A DNA stretch of 49,604 bases from an uncultured virus (IMG/VR IMGVR_UViG_2049941000_000719). Taxonomy: Duplodnaviria > Heunggongvirae > Uroviricota > Caudoviricetes. The notes below the pieces were generated by a model. That model had not been told where the DNA came from. It saw only the letters and a list, made by a program, of their open reading frames with translations, and did no database searches. Every line of letters starts with the position of its first letter. Within the stretch, counting starts at the first letter, position 1. Below are positions 29,424 to 41,591 of this stretch, in pieces. The position numbers and the translations under genes were made by a program. Location: IMG/VR virus record IMGVR_UViG_2049941000_000719. One strand, written 5' to 3'.

Positions 29424-29749
29424 TACCCATAATAATCAATTAAACTTTTATTCTCCACCAAAGCACGGTATGCATCCAATATCAGCCGAGATGCCTGAGA
29501 CAGTGCACGTGCCTGAACGTCTAACCAATCTTCGCGTGCATTGGGTTTCCGCCATCCTCCTTCTTTATACTTGAGTTTCTTAAGCTCGGATGGANNNNNN
29601 NNNNNNNNNNNNNNNNNNNNNNNNNNNNNNNNNNNNNNNNNNNNNNNNNNNNNNNNNNNNNNNNNNNNNNNNNNNNNNNNNNNNNNNNNNNNNNNNNNNN
29701 NCGGATTATAGGAATTTATCACTTTTAGAAGTTGTTTATATGTAGCCAT
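29420..29749 (-). CDS. Tandem paralog of 29001 (gapped)
   Basis: PSELKK..EDWLDVQARAL. Confidence 0.75.
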   Translation of the reverse strand: MATYKQLLKVINSYNPXXXXXXXXXXXXXXXXXXXXXXXXXXXXXXXXXXXXPSELKKLKYKEGGWRKPNAREDWLDVQARALSQASRLILDAYRALVENKSLIDYYGY

Positions 29750-29810
29750 TTTTCCCCCTTTATGAAATAAATTTTGTGTTTTTATTTATCATCACTTTGG
29801 AAATTATCAC

Positions 29811-30772
29811 TTATATAAGTTTTGCCTGTTGACTCATCGGATTTTCAAAATCCAGAACAGGTTCCTGTACATGCCGTAATTTTGGGGAATACTCTTCAAA
29901 AGGTATTTTCCAATACAACCATCGGCGATTTGCATAATTTGCAAGACGCCGTGTTTGCGGTGTGCTTTTGTATTGCATTACAAAAACATTGGTGTTCAAT
30001 TCCCGCAAAAGGTTCACGCGGTATATATCCTCATCAAAGGTTGAATTAAAGCCTGTCAGAACATAAAATATTACTTTTTTCCGAGTGTTGATGCCGGCAT
30101 TCTTCAGGAGATCCAAGCCTGCCGTAACTTTTGATTCATCCCGGATGTTGTCAAACGCAAAGTGGAGATCTCCCGTCCATCTGAGCTTACCGAGACGTTG
30201 CGCGATCTCCTCATCCAGAATGCGAATATCCATCCCTTGGATGGCATTGAATGCAAGATTATGTTCCAGAACGTAATCCGNNNNNNNNNNTAATCCGTGT
30301 TCTCAAAAAACCATTGTTTGTCGGCATAAACATTGTTGTCCAAAACAATGATCTTTTTGTGTTTTTTATCATGAAACTCGCTGATATGTTGCCATCTGTG
30401 AAAGCGCCCTTCTTTTTTCGGGACAACACAAAACGGACATTTTCGGATGCATCCGCGGGTTGTGTATCCCAAAGAGTAGTCCATTTCGGGATATATGGAA
30501 TAATCCGGGCAAATCTTTTCGTATTCGGGAGGGAGACGTTTATTGATATCTACTCCCGTGCCGCCAAGAGAGACTTGTGCATTCGGATAGAGTGATGCGA
30601 TGCCGCGTGCCTGCTCCGCATTTTTCGTAAATATACAGGACACATACACATAATCGGGATTCTCGACATCAAAACCAACCGTATCGCCCAACAGCTTGTG
30701 ATGTGCGCTTATCTGCATAAGCGCCAAATTCGGGATTTTCGAGTCAATGTTGACAAGCAGAACGCGCGACAT
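29811..30772 (-). CDS. Radical SAM protein (frame split at N gap)
   Basis: TTRGCIRKCPFC CxxxCxxC, LDNN, G.DIR, FAFD, FYVLTGF. Confidence 0.85.
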
Positions 30773-30814
30773 GTTATCCCATCCTGCCGAAATTATCCCG
30801 AAACCTTGCCGAGG

Positions 30815-31810
30815 TCATGTGTTCACCTCATTACAGAGGATATTTTTGTGCACATGTTCGGCTACGGCTTTCATCATCAACGGAGGTACGGCATTTCCCA
30901 CACACCGCCATTCATTTACAAATCCTCCCGACAGCCTGAAATCGTCGGGGAAAGAGGATAGTCGTTTAATCTCCGCGATTGTCATAAACCGAGGCTCTTC
31001 CCAATGAAACATACCTGCCTCGCCATGAATCATGATTTTTGCTTTGACAGTCGGGGAAGGGTTATCGGGATTTATTTTAATGCTGTTAAACCATTGTCTT
31101 TTCGGGTGATATTCATTAAAATACACTCCCAGTTTACAACGATTCCAAATATCGAGACATAATTCGTTATCTATAAAGTATTTTTCACCGTCGGGAACCC
31201 CTTTCAATGCATCACGGACGGTAATCACATTGTACAGGTTTGGTGCGGGATGTGTATTTGTTAAGGGTAAATTGCCGATTATATCATTTCGTATGCCGAC
31301 GAAAATCATCCTGTTTCGTGATTGCGGCACACCGTAATATTTTGCATTAAGTTGTTTTTCAAAGACAGAATAACCCAACTTTCGTAATTCCGTATGGATT
31401 TTGTAAAATATGGGTTTCATTGCCCCGTTTCGCATACCGGGAACATTCTCCATAATGAAACATTTCGGCGAAATACCTTTGAGTATCCGCACGTATTGTA
31501 TATAGAGCTGATTTTTCGGGTTGTCGGGGTTGTGCGCACCGCAGACGGAAAATCCCTGACACGGAGGTGACCCGTCCAGAATATCAAGTTCTCCGGCATC
31601 AAGACCTGCCGCATTCAGAAGGTCTTCGGGTGTGACTTTACATACATCCTGTTTAAAGAGTTCAGTATCGGAGAAGTTATCCGCGTAGTTGTTTGCCGCA
31701 TGTTTCTCTTTCTCGACGGCACAGAGGACGTTGCCGCCCGCCATGTGATATCCGAGTGAGGAACCCCCACACCCGCAGAACAGGCTGATCACGTTAAAAT
31801 CCCCGGTCAT
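30815..31810 (-). CDS. DNA cytosine-5 methyltransferase (orphan)
   Basis: FCGCGG, GSPPCQGFS, ENVPG, QSRNR, GNAVPP. Confidence 0.95.
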   Translation of the reverse strand: MTGDFNVISLFCGCGGSSLGYHMAGGNVLCAVEKEKHAANNYADNFSDTELFKQDVCKVTPEDLLNAAGLDAGELDILDGSPPCQGFSVCGAHNPDNPKNQLYIQYVRILKGISPKCFIMENVPGMRNGAMKPIFYKIHTELRKLGYSVFEKQLNAKYYGVPQSRNRMIFVGIRNDIIGNLPLTNTHPAPNLYNVITVRDALKGVPDGEKYFIDNELCLDIWNRCKLGVYFNEYHPKRQWFNSIKINPDNPSPTVKAKIMIHGEAGMFHWEEPRFMTIAEIKRLSSFPDDFRLSGGFVNEWRCVGNAVPPLMMKAVAEHVHKNILCNEVNT

Positions 31811-32773
31811 GATGCACCTCCGAATGAAAACAGGTTCATATTTAGCCCGACCGCGTATTTCATACGCTCTCGTGATAGCTCGCAATAATCCTCATTGGCA
31901 TCAATACCTATCCAATGCCTGTTAAGTTTTGCCGCCGAAACTGCTGTTGTTCCAGAACCCGAAAAAGGATCTAAAACAATATCCCCTTCATTTGTACCGG
32001 CTAATATGAAGAACTCCGCAAGTGATTCAGGGAAACGCGCGGGGTGAGAGATGCCCCTGTCTCGGCACAATCTGCTGAATGCGTCATTACTCAATGTGTT
32101 TGGTATCGAGAGAACGGAACCGGGGTCTGCACCGCCTTTGTCCGCCCAAGGGTGTGAATAGTCATATGTATGAGAACTCGGATGAATGTTTTTTTTACGT
32201 GTGCCGTGACGTTTCCCGTTTAACAGACGTGACATCCCCCCACAATAGGGTTTTCGGATGGAACCCATATTGAATGTCCATGTATCCCCTTTACTGAACC
32301 AGAAAATAAACTCGTGGGATTTCTTACATCTCCCGTATTTTCCCGTAGAGTATATGTTCGGAGGTGTTGCGGGATTGTGCCAAATATAATCTCTTACGAG
32401 ATTAAAACCTAATTCATGACATAATCTCAGAACTATCTCATAAACATATAATTGAGTTTTACCGTTTACCACACGGTCGTTTATATTCAAGACAAAAGAC
32501 CCTGTGTTTTTCAGAACCCTGTAAAATTCCGCGGCTTTTGGCATGAACCAATCAACATAGCAGTCTGGGGATATTTTTGAGTCAGATATTCCGTAATTTC
32601 TCATATCCGCATACGGAGGAGATGTAAANNNNNNNNNNATCCACACATTCAGCGGGATATCCAGTCAGAACATCTTCGCACTTGCCGTTGATGAAGACAT
32701 TCACCATCTCGGTATTGAACTTGTCGGAAAGCTCTTCGGGAATACCAATCCTGTCTGATAAGATCTCAGTCAT
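31807..32773 (-). CDS. N4-C/N6-A DNA methyltransferase, beta class (split at gap)
   Basis: TSPPY, HPARFP, DPFSGSGTT, GID. Confidence 0.92.
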
Positions 32774-33953
32774 TTTTTACCCCTCGCATTGTCCGAATTA
32801 TCCTGTTTTTGCTGTTCCTGAATAATCTGTAATATTTTTGCGAGGAGTTCAGGATGGATGCTCATTTCGGGATTAATCAGTGTCGGATCCGTGCTTAATC
32901 CGCAATGCGGACAATACTTCTGGTCGGGTGCAACGATGTTGCCGCACCTGATACATTTATGCGGCTTTACCGTATCCATAACACCGTCACGGTCAACGAC
33001 GCCCGCATGATCCAAAACTTCCGAGTCTATATCATTTTCCGAAAGTCTGGTGTATGTCGCCATCATGTGTGTATTGGGATTTCCCCAAGCTATGAGCTTT
33101 ATGATAGATTCATTGTAATTTTCACGCACCATATGTGTTATTCGGGATTTTCGTGACCTTTGCCGCATATCTGGATANNNNNNNNNNGCTTTTTTTGCGA
33201 GTTTCGTAAGAATTTCTATATAGGTTTTATATATGAGAGGGGTTTTTTGTTTTCTGTACAGTGATACAAACACAAAATTATCCCCCGTTGCGGGTGCAAA
33301 TGATTCATATTGATTTCTCCATTCGTTCAGGTATGGTGCCGCGGAAACCAGTCTGCAAAATCTCCTCTTTTTACATTTATGATCGTAAACATAAAGTTTG
33401 GCACCGTATTCGTCGGGGAAAACATCTTTCCATTTCAATGATGCAATCTCGGAAATGCGGCACGCACTTTCATAGAGTGTTGCGATGAATGCTCTGTCAC
33501 GGGAGTTGTTTGCGCACCTGATCATTTCACGGATTTCCGAAGGGGACAGTATTTCGTCCGGGGATGTTGTTTCAAAGTCAATCGGTTGATTTTTAATCAA
33601 TTCGATATCGGCAATATCGCAGTTTATGATTCCCTGTGTGATAAGATATTTCCAGAATGATTTACCTGCCTGTATAAACGCACGAATTGTATTATTTGTA
33701 TATTTGCCTGTTTTGAGATTGGAGATTTTTTGATAGATCTCATTTTTTGTCAGGTCTCGGATACGAACATGCGGTTCGATACTGCATAAGGTGCATATTA
33801 ATGATGTGAGTGTTGATTTACGGCTTTCACCGATATTATTTGTGACTGTCAAATGATTAAGATAATTTCTGATTATCTCTGCATCATCTTCCGTAATATT
33901 GCCGAGTTTCAGGTTTCTGGATAAGCTGACTTCAGGAGTGTATTTGGGATCTT
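32770..33953 (-). CDS. Tyrosine recombinase/integrase with C-terminal Zn ribbon
   Basis: LYESACRISE, RKSRITHM, MMATYTRL, CIRCG..CPHCG; frame extends upstream to the gap (GNITEDDAEIIRNYL). Confidence 0.9.
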
Positions 33954-33963
33954 NNNNNNNNNN

Positions 33964-34478
33964 AATCCGCCATATTCTACCGTAGCACCGTATTTTTGTT
34001 CATATTCTCTCTGACGACGTTCCCAAACTTCGTCATCTTTTCCGGTATCATGCAACATGCGGACATACTCGATAATCAGTTCACGGGCAAGCTCATCTGA
34101 GATATAATAACCTTTATTTCTGAATGCCTCAAGGGTTTGTTTACAATAATATATTGCCGCATTTTTACCCTTGTTTGCGAGAACAAAGGCTACAACTCCG
34201 TCGGATAATGAATCATAGAAGTCAAACAACTCTTTTTTGATCTTCTGTCTTTGTTCGAGAGTTATGTTGTTTTTCTGTAAATATTGTTTATATTCGTAGA
34301 ACAAATCAAATAATTCGGGTTTTGCCAGAAATTCAGGTGATCCTTCGATTTCTTTGAATAACAGGTAATCGATAATATCCCGCACAAAAGAACTCATTTT
34401 GTATGGGAGATATTCGTTGATTAATTTCTTCTGCCGGTCATCCAAATAAATCGACGTTTTAGTGTAATATCTGTTCAT
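33964..34478 (-). CDS. Protein with N-terminal RHH-like domain
   Basis: KTSIYLDDRQKKLI..MSSFVRDIIDY. Confidence 0.55.
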
Positions 34479-35033
34479 GCATTACACCTCTCTGAAAATA
34501 TTAGGATACCCAAAAAAATTGACTCCAGTCTCCACCGACTACTTTCTAAATTCCGGGATGGATACCCCCTCTCAAACCCCTCTCCAATAAATTTCAGANN
34601 NNNNNNNNTCAAGGGGGGTGTCTGGATTTTTTTGAGAAGTATGTCGGTGGCGTTAGGAGTCACTTCAGAAAGTGTATAAAAAAACTTTTCGGTTTGACTC
34701 GACACTATGGATAAACTATATTGCTCATCAACTTCATAGTAAATATTGTCCCGTGGGGATCTGGCGATCCTTCCTAACGGTGACAGGAAATGAGAATCAT
34801 CACATANNNNNNNNNNTACCATCTATATCAATTATTCTCATTTTTTCCCCCTTTACCAACAATAGTGATAATGCCGGAATTCAATAATTCCGACTTACAC
34901 TTTTCAATAGTACTTTCCGAAGGGAATGCGCTCGTTAATTGTCCGAGTGCATAAATCATGTTCAGAGCTGTTGCGTCAAACTGCTCCTGTGTCACATATA
35001 TCATATCTGTACCTCTGTAATGTTGTAACTTTG

Positions 35034-35052
35034 ATCCTTTTTAAGTAAAACG
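35034..35052 (-). promoter_or_regulatory. Copy of the CGTTTTACTTAAAAAGGAT promoter
   Basis: Exact 19-mer upstream of the RHH-recombinase-MTase operon. Confidence 0.7.
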
Positions 35053-35307
35053 ATTATATTCTCATACCTGTTTTAACTGTTCAGACATCTCCGATTGTTC
35101 AGGTTCGGGTGTATTATGTCTCATTCTGCTCTTCGGATATCCAACTTTGCATTCTTTCCATATGTCTTAACCCGCAATGTATCTCGGATTTAAGCGCGGA
35201 TGCATTCTTATGATTGAACGGTCTTTCGGTGCGGCATATGCTGAGGATTTTCAGGTATGCCTGTCTTGTTTTTTCAAGCTCTCCGTATATCTCCTTCTGT
35301 GCCTGAT

Positions 35308-35787
35308 TCATCTCAATATCTCCTCAAATTTAAAAATTACTCCGTCAACTTCTCTAAAATCACAGTTATCTCCGTAACATTCCCTGTAATTTCTTATCGA
35401 TGTATCCATCTTAATTCCGGGATAATTCTTACATCCGTCGGGATTAGAGAAATACAGATTCATGAAATATTTCCGGGCTTGGTCAACGGATTCAAAACCG
35501 TCTTCACGGTAGTACTCTGTGATGAAATCTTCAAGAGTTGTCGGTATTTTCTCTGTGATTTGGTAGTAATGTCCGTTGATTGTAAAGCAATCCCAGATAT
35601 TACGGTGTGCATCACGTCTGAAAGTCATTCTCTTTTTGCCGCTTAATATCGGATCATAGAATTTCTCATCAAATTTGAGAGGATTTTTTGTGGATTTCAC
35701 TCTTTCTTTCATCATCTCTTTGAACTCCTTTATTGAGTTATTCTCATCATTTTTGTCTCCTGTTCCGTCAGGGTTTGTAATCGTCAT
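35308..35787 (-). CDS. ASCH domain protein
   Basis: LKFDEKFYDPILSGKKRMTFRR..EDGFES. Confidence 0.75.
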   Translation of the reverse strand: MTITNPDGTGDKNDENNSIKEFKEMMKERVKSTKNPLKFDEKFYDPILSGKKRMTFRRDAHRNIWDCFTINGHYYQITEKIPTTLEDFITEYYREDGFESVDQARKYFMNLYFSNPDGCKNYPGIKMDTSIRNYRECYGDNCDFREVDGVIFKFEEILR

Positions 35788-35981
35788 TAGACGTTTNNNN
35801 NNNNNNAGACCTGTCTGTGTGAATTGCCGGATATCCAGTCTGTTCAGATACGATGCCATCATAAGTAAATTCGTTGCTAAGTCATTGATATGCTTTTCAA
35901 CGGATTTTTCACTTCTTTCTTTTATTGTCGTCATTTTAATCATTCCTGATACTGTCCCAAATTTTATCCATATCGCTTTTT

Positions 35982-36736
35982 TCAATNNNNNNNNNNNNNN
36001 NNNNNNNNNNNNNNNNNNNNNNNNNNNNNNNNNNNNTATCCGTTATTGCGGATCATCTCCAAAGAGTTGATTATCCTGTTGAATCTGCATGTGGTGTTAT
36101 AGACTTCATCCGCCATCTCCTCCATGCGTGCTTTTGTACATATGAGTATTTTTAGAAGTTTTACATCTCCTTCTGACAGTGTGTTACAGGCATTCATACG
36201 GCTCTCAAGCTCGTTTATTTTTATATCCGTGATGTATGCTTTTGCACCAATTGCCATATAAGTGCCGTCCATCTGATCCCATAATGTGAACTCTGCAATG
36301 GCTTTCAGCATATTCTGTCCTTCGGGGCTGATTTCACAGCGATCATTATCTACCATTTTCTCTCACCCCCTACTCTGAACACTTCATTCAAATNNNNNNN
36401 NNNATCGTCAAACACTTCGCGATTATAAATATCATCAATACCCGCATAGATATCCATAATACTATCAATATCACGACAAATTCTGTCAGTGAGTTTTTCC
36501 GTATCTGTTTTTACGCATTTCAGAATGTCCAGAACACCTGTGTTGTTTGGGGATGTGTCTTTTTTGACCACATCCTCCATACGACATATCACATCGTCAA
36601 TTTCCTTAATCTTGTCAAACAATGCTTTCGTTGCGGCACTTTCAGCCCAAAATTCATACTCTGTAATTCCGTCAAGTGCAGTCATGGCTTCACGGGATAT
36701 CTCATATGAGTTGATTGTTCTTCGTTCTCCGGTCAT
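35982..36736 (-). CDS. Two family G acidic helical proteins
   Basis: EISPEGQNMLKAIAEF and EISREAMTALDGITEY; LKILIC/LDILKC. Confidence 0.7.
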
Positions 36737-37382
36737 CGTTTCACCCTGACTTTTTCCTCAAATTTACTCTCAAGATTTTCCACACGCTGATGGAGTTTAC
36801 CGTAACTTGCAAATATCTCCAGATATTTGTGCTTAAATTGTGTCAAATCCGCAATCTGTTTGCGCATCTCATCTATCTCCGCTCTGATAATTTTATATTC
36901 GTCGTCGATGTGATTATCAATCATATGAACTGCGTCATTGGCATCATCCGATGCATTGTCCGGATATCCTATTTTATCGGTGTATTCCTCTTTCAGATTG
37001 TTGAAGTTGGAGTGCATTCTGTGAGTAAATTTTTCATCATTGGAAATTCTCGTTCTGAGACCGTCCAACTCGTTTCTGAACCTGTACACCGTGTTTTTGA
37101 TATGATCTTCAAATTTCTCTTTGAAGTCTGAAAAATCCAGTTCTCCCGTCATTTTAATTCCCTGTCTTTAAGTATGCTCTCCTCTCTTTCCAACCATTCA
37201 ATTCGGTTTTTCACCTTGCAGTTATTATCTCCGAACACAACCAACAAAGTGTATAGGAAATCCTTTATGTTTTTAATCAGGTATTTCTGGTCTTCTATCA
37301 ATCTATCCTGCCGATCTATTTTGTCTAACAGTTGTTCGACGCTTAGTTCTTCGGTTTTTTTAGTGTTATCTGTCATATTCAT
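36733..37382 (-). CDS. Two coiled-coil hypothetical proteins
   Basis: Coupled ORFs 36733..37152 and 37149..37382. Confidence 0.6.
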
Positions 37383-37408
37383 CTTTTCTCCTTTGATGTT
37401 CCGATTGT

Positions 37409-38289
37409 TTATGTGTTTATTTCAGCAAATATGGTCAATGGTTTCTGTTCGCGCTCTTCCGATTCAAATTTCCTCAATAATTCCGTTGCCGTATATGGCG
37501 GATGGAATTTGAACGGACTGTACTTATCAAGTTCTGCCAAATCCCGCATAAGCTCAGGGGATGTTTTGTAAACATGTCTGAATTGGTCGATGTTTGAATA
37601 CGGGCAAAAAAAACAACCGATTCTGTTAAAATAACTGTGAGAGTATATCGGAGAAAGTATTCCTTCATCTTTACAGATTTTAAAGCATTCTCTCTCCGTT
37701 ATATTCATTTCAACTAACGGTAATTTTTCTCCCCGTTTATACGCTCCTTGGATTCTTTTCACCTCATCTGCGGCAATCCCGACATACCGGATTACATTTT
37801 TATTATTTTTCATCAATTCAAGAGCGTGTTCTTTCATTGCGCTGACCTTCAGGGAATTACATTTTGGGGTTCTGCGTACCGAAAATCCGTAGCATTGTCC
37901 CGCATAATTTCCTTTTTGGAATTTTCTGAAAAATAATTCCTTATATGTCACTGGAGGATTTATCGATTTAAACGGTAAATTCAGTGTCTCCGTAATATAT
38001 GGAATTCCTANNNNNNNNNNTTCATGTTCGGGATATTCCGCGGAATGTTTGGAATCATATCTGATATCAATATAACATACCTCATCAATCGGGTATCCCC
38101 TGTCATAACACATTTTTAACATAGCCATACTGTCCTTACCGAATGAGCAGTTGAGAACGTGGTAGTCGTCAAGAGATGTGTTTCGGAGAACTCGCTTAAA
38201 ATCGTTCTGATTACGTAAACAAGCCTCATAATCTCTCTCTCTCTCTCTCTCTCTTTTATAAAGGCATTATCGGCGCGGAATTCGGTCAT
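37409..38289 (-). CDS. PAPS reductase family (PP-loop) protein, frameshifted at (GA)11
   Basis: HVLNCSFGKDS, CNSLK, YVGIAADE..R, RIGCFFCPY; ATG at 38289 is out of frame by one GA unit. Confidence 0.85.
38232..38254. repeat. (TC)11/(GA)11 microsatellite
   Basis: Direct read; lies 35 nt downstream of ATG 38289. Confidence 0.95.
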
Positions 38290-38737
38290 GTGTTCATGTC
38301 CTCCGGTATTTTGTNNNNNNNNNNNNNNNNNNNNNNNNNNNNNNNNNNNNNNNNNNNNNNNNNNNNNNNNNNNNNNNNNNNNNNNNNNNNNNNNNNNNNN
38401 NNNNNNNNNNNNNNNNNNNNNNNNNNNNNNNNNNNNNNNNNNNNNNNNNNNNNNNNNNNNNNNNNNNNNNNNNNNNNNNNNNNNNNNNNNNNNNNNNNNN
38501 NNNNNNNNNNCATCGCGGTGTTACTTTTACCATATTCAGTTTGTCGCGAAAAACAGCCGCAATTCTGCGGGATGTGTTTCCCGTCCGCACCCATCGGTTA
38601 TAATAACAGACATCCATATGCGATACGCAGTGTGAACCGTCGGAAACCATGGCTTTGAGAGCTGAGATAACCGCCTGTTCAAATTCGGCATCATCCGTCG
38701 GAACGGTAATTTTATTGCGTTTTATCAGATGAGTCAT
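38286..38737 (-). CDS. Possible wHTH protein, paralog of 48360 (gapped)
   Basis: DGSHCVSHMDVCYYNRW vs DGSIYVSHKDICRYNRW. Confidence 0.65.
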
Positions 38738-38741
38738 TTGA

Positions 38742-40610
38742 TTACCACTGTCCGATAACTGCGGGTCTTTCTATCTGCCTTGTCTGACGGATTCCCGATA
38801 TTTCGTGCGTTACCGCATCATATGTCGAGATTGCCTCATCGAGTTTTTTTATGGATTCTTCCAACGGATGAATCCGCATGGCAAGTGTGTAATACAATCT
38901 CTCATCTTCGGGAACAGGAGGAATATTTTGGGTATTCCTCATCTGAATAAGCTGATTGATATTCTCCATCACTTTAAGCGTGCTCATACGGTAATCATTG
39001 ATGTAGTGTCTAATTGATTTAAACCGTATCAAATCGGTCTCATAATTCCTGAATATCGTTATATCTTTAAGGATGTCACAGGCATCTTCGCTGATATACT
39101 CCGCAACATCCGGGTTTTCGGTAGTGTTATTTAACGCCATTTTAATCACTCTCGGTTTTATAATTCTGCAAATTCCCAAATTATATCGGGGATGTGCCTT
39201 TCTTGGAATTTATTCAATTTTTCATCAACCTTATTCAATTTTTTTAAGAACTTTTCCAACTGTTTGTTTGTGCAATCATCCAACTCATACGACTTCGGGG
39301 TGTAGCATGATGCCATCAATCTCAACATACAATTGATTTCCTCAAGTTTGTTAGTAATACCCTCAATGATTTTTTGTCGTTTTTGTTCCTCTTCGGGTGT
39401 CAGCTTTTTCCGGGGCATCGTCGTCACTCCTGTGTTAATAGTTTTATCTCGTCGATTTTTTCATCATTTGAGTTAAATACGATAATACTATCAAAATACT
39501 CATTCACATCATCAATAACAACATTGTTAAACCTGATACTGCACGCGGTGCCGTTGCTGTTAAAGATAAAATCCTTACAATCCTCAACAAACAGATTATT
39601 TAATCTGCCGCACTGTTTTTTGTTGACTGCGAATGCCTTAATCTGCTGTGCCATTTCTCTAAGTTCAGTTATCGTTTTCATAATATCTCCTAAAATCTAA
39701 CGGTAATTTATATCGTCGTCACTCCTGCGGGTCATCTTTGAATGCTTTGCCTATTATGGTTTGATCCGACTGATAAAGGATGGGATTGTCTGCCAATCTG
39801 CTGATGTGACGGGACAGCTCCAAGATTTCACCGAATAAAAGAAACAGTCTTTCTTCGTTAATATCGGGGTCAGTATGATAGAATTGCTTTAATTCTTTTA
39901 AACCCTGCTTTGCGCGGTTAAAATCCTTACATATTATATCGATCATCTTGTCGATGTCGGATATCATGTGTTCTTTTTTGTTCACTGTTTACACCTCTTT
40001 TGTATCGTTATCCTCTTGTTTTATCAGACATGCTCTGATTTTCTCAACGTCTTCTTCCGAGAGGTATGTGAGTGTCGGGCAGTTTATATCATCCGTGATT
40101 TTCAACAGGAAAAATATTACCGCAAAAGACACGATTCCTCCAAGCGCAATCATAACCGGGTGAAATTTCATTATGTAAAATGCAATTGCCGCAGTCATAC
40201 CGCAAAATGCCGAGATTGCCGCCAATTCCCATACCGGTGTTTTAAACACAAATCTTTCCACCATTATTCCTCATCCCCGGCATCCCCGTTATCTGACAAA
40301 ATATCTATTTGCGGGTCACAATCCGACATTGAGTATCTTTCATCAAATACACAGAGCACTTCTTTGAACATATCCAACTCGCAATAATGACATTTCAAAC
40401 AGGTGTCCGAGTAATGATCTGCATCTACATATTTGGTATAAATTGAGAGATTTCTCTCAATATCTTCAAAAATACTCTGTATCNNNNNNNNNNGGAACAC
40501 CATACAGAAAACAACTGTGGATTCTTAAAGAATGCGGTATATAATTCATCAATAATGCCTTTTTTCGTAATGCTTTTCTTTTCGATTTTAATTAAACTCA
40601 TTTTTTCCAC
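38742..40610 (-). CDS. Run of small hypothetical ORFs
   Basis: Coupled ORFs 38742, 39158, 39424, 39719, 39989 (2 TM), 40264; 39158 paralogous to 43355. Confidence 0.6.
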
Positions 40611-40635
40611 CTTTTTTTAGATTTTGCTGATTTTA

Positions 40636-41013
40636 TCAGGCAACGTTGATATCTCCGGTCTTAATTCGTGAATATCTGGCAACAAGATCGCAAAAATTGG
40701 AATACGTATATCCCATATCATGCAGATTTGTATCCATACTCATCATTCTGAATGCGGCTCTTTCGAGGAGGTAATACAAATCCTCATCCCCCTGTGTAAG
40801 AACAATTTTATCTTTAAATTCATCGAGAGGTTCTTTTTTGAATTCCTGTTGCATAATGAGATATTTCTCATATATTAGGTCGGAATGCTCTTTGAATTTG
40901 GAGATTAACTGTGTAAACAATTCCCCGACTTCGGACATTGCAACATCGTCTGCAATCTGCTGTCCGAACGGGCTGAGGTTTTTGTCGTCGGTTCTCATGC
41001 CATCTCCCACCAC
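40636..41013 (-). CDS. Family G protein
   Basis: LSPFGQQIADDV..SDLIY..QEFKKE..LTQGDEDLYYLLE. Confidence 0.8.
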   Translation of the reverse strand: MVGDGMRTDDKNLSPFGQQIADDVAMSEVGELFTQLISKFKEHSDLIYEKYLIMQQEFKKEPLDEFKDKIVLTQGDEDLYYLLERAAFRMMSMDTNLHDMGYTYSNFCDLVARYSRIKTGDINVA

Positions 41014-41591
41014 TGATCGGGATCCGTGTATTTGTCTATGAAGTTGTTGAGTTCATTATCGGCATTTTGCAGTTTTTTTGCGTATGCCTCCAGTTCACTC
41101 TCCGAGTAACTTACAGGTTCAAATTGCGAATCTCTGAAATATCTGCTCAGTTTTGCCGAGGTGTGTTCAAGCCCTTCAAGAAGACTCACAATCTCCCGAA
41201 TAAGACTATCGATATTTTCAGGTATGTTTTCTGTTTCCGCAACGTTAGATCCGGTTATAACTCTCACATCCCCGAACCTTTTCAGTTGATTTACGACATC
41301 CTGAAGATATTCTTCGGCATTTTCGGGCATTTTTTCTTTTTTCGGGATGTCTGAATCAGTCATCCTCTTCACACTCCGAAAATTTATCTTCATCTTCGGG
41401 CGGGTAATGCCAATATGTCCTGTAATCGCTTAGTTCATACTCAAATTGCTGAAGTGCTTTGTAAAACTCTTCCTCGGTCATTAGACCGGATCTGATCAAA
41501 AGTGAGGATTTGTCGATTTCCTCACCGATATCATTCAAAAGACTGTGAATGCTTTTGATAACCAATTCCGTATTCTGTGATAATTCAGTCA

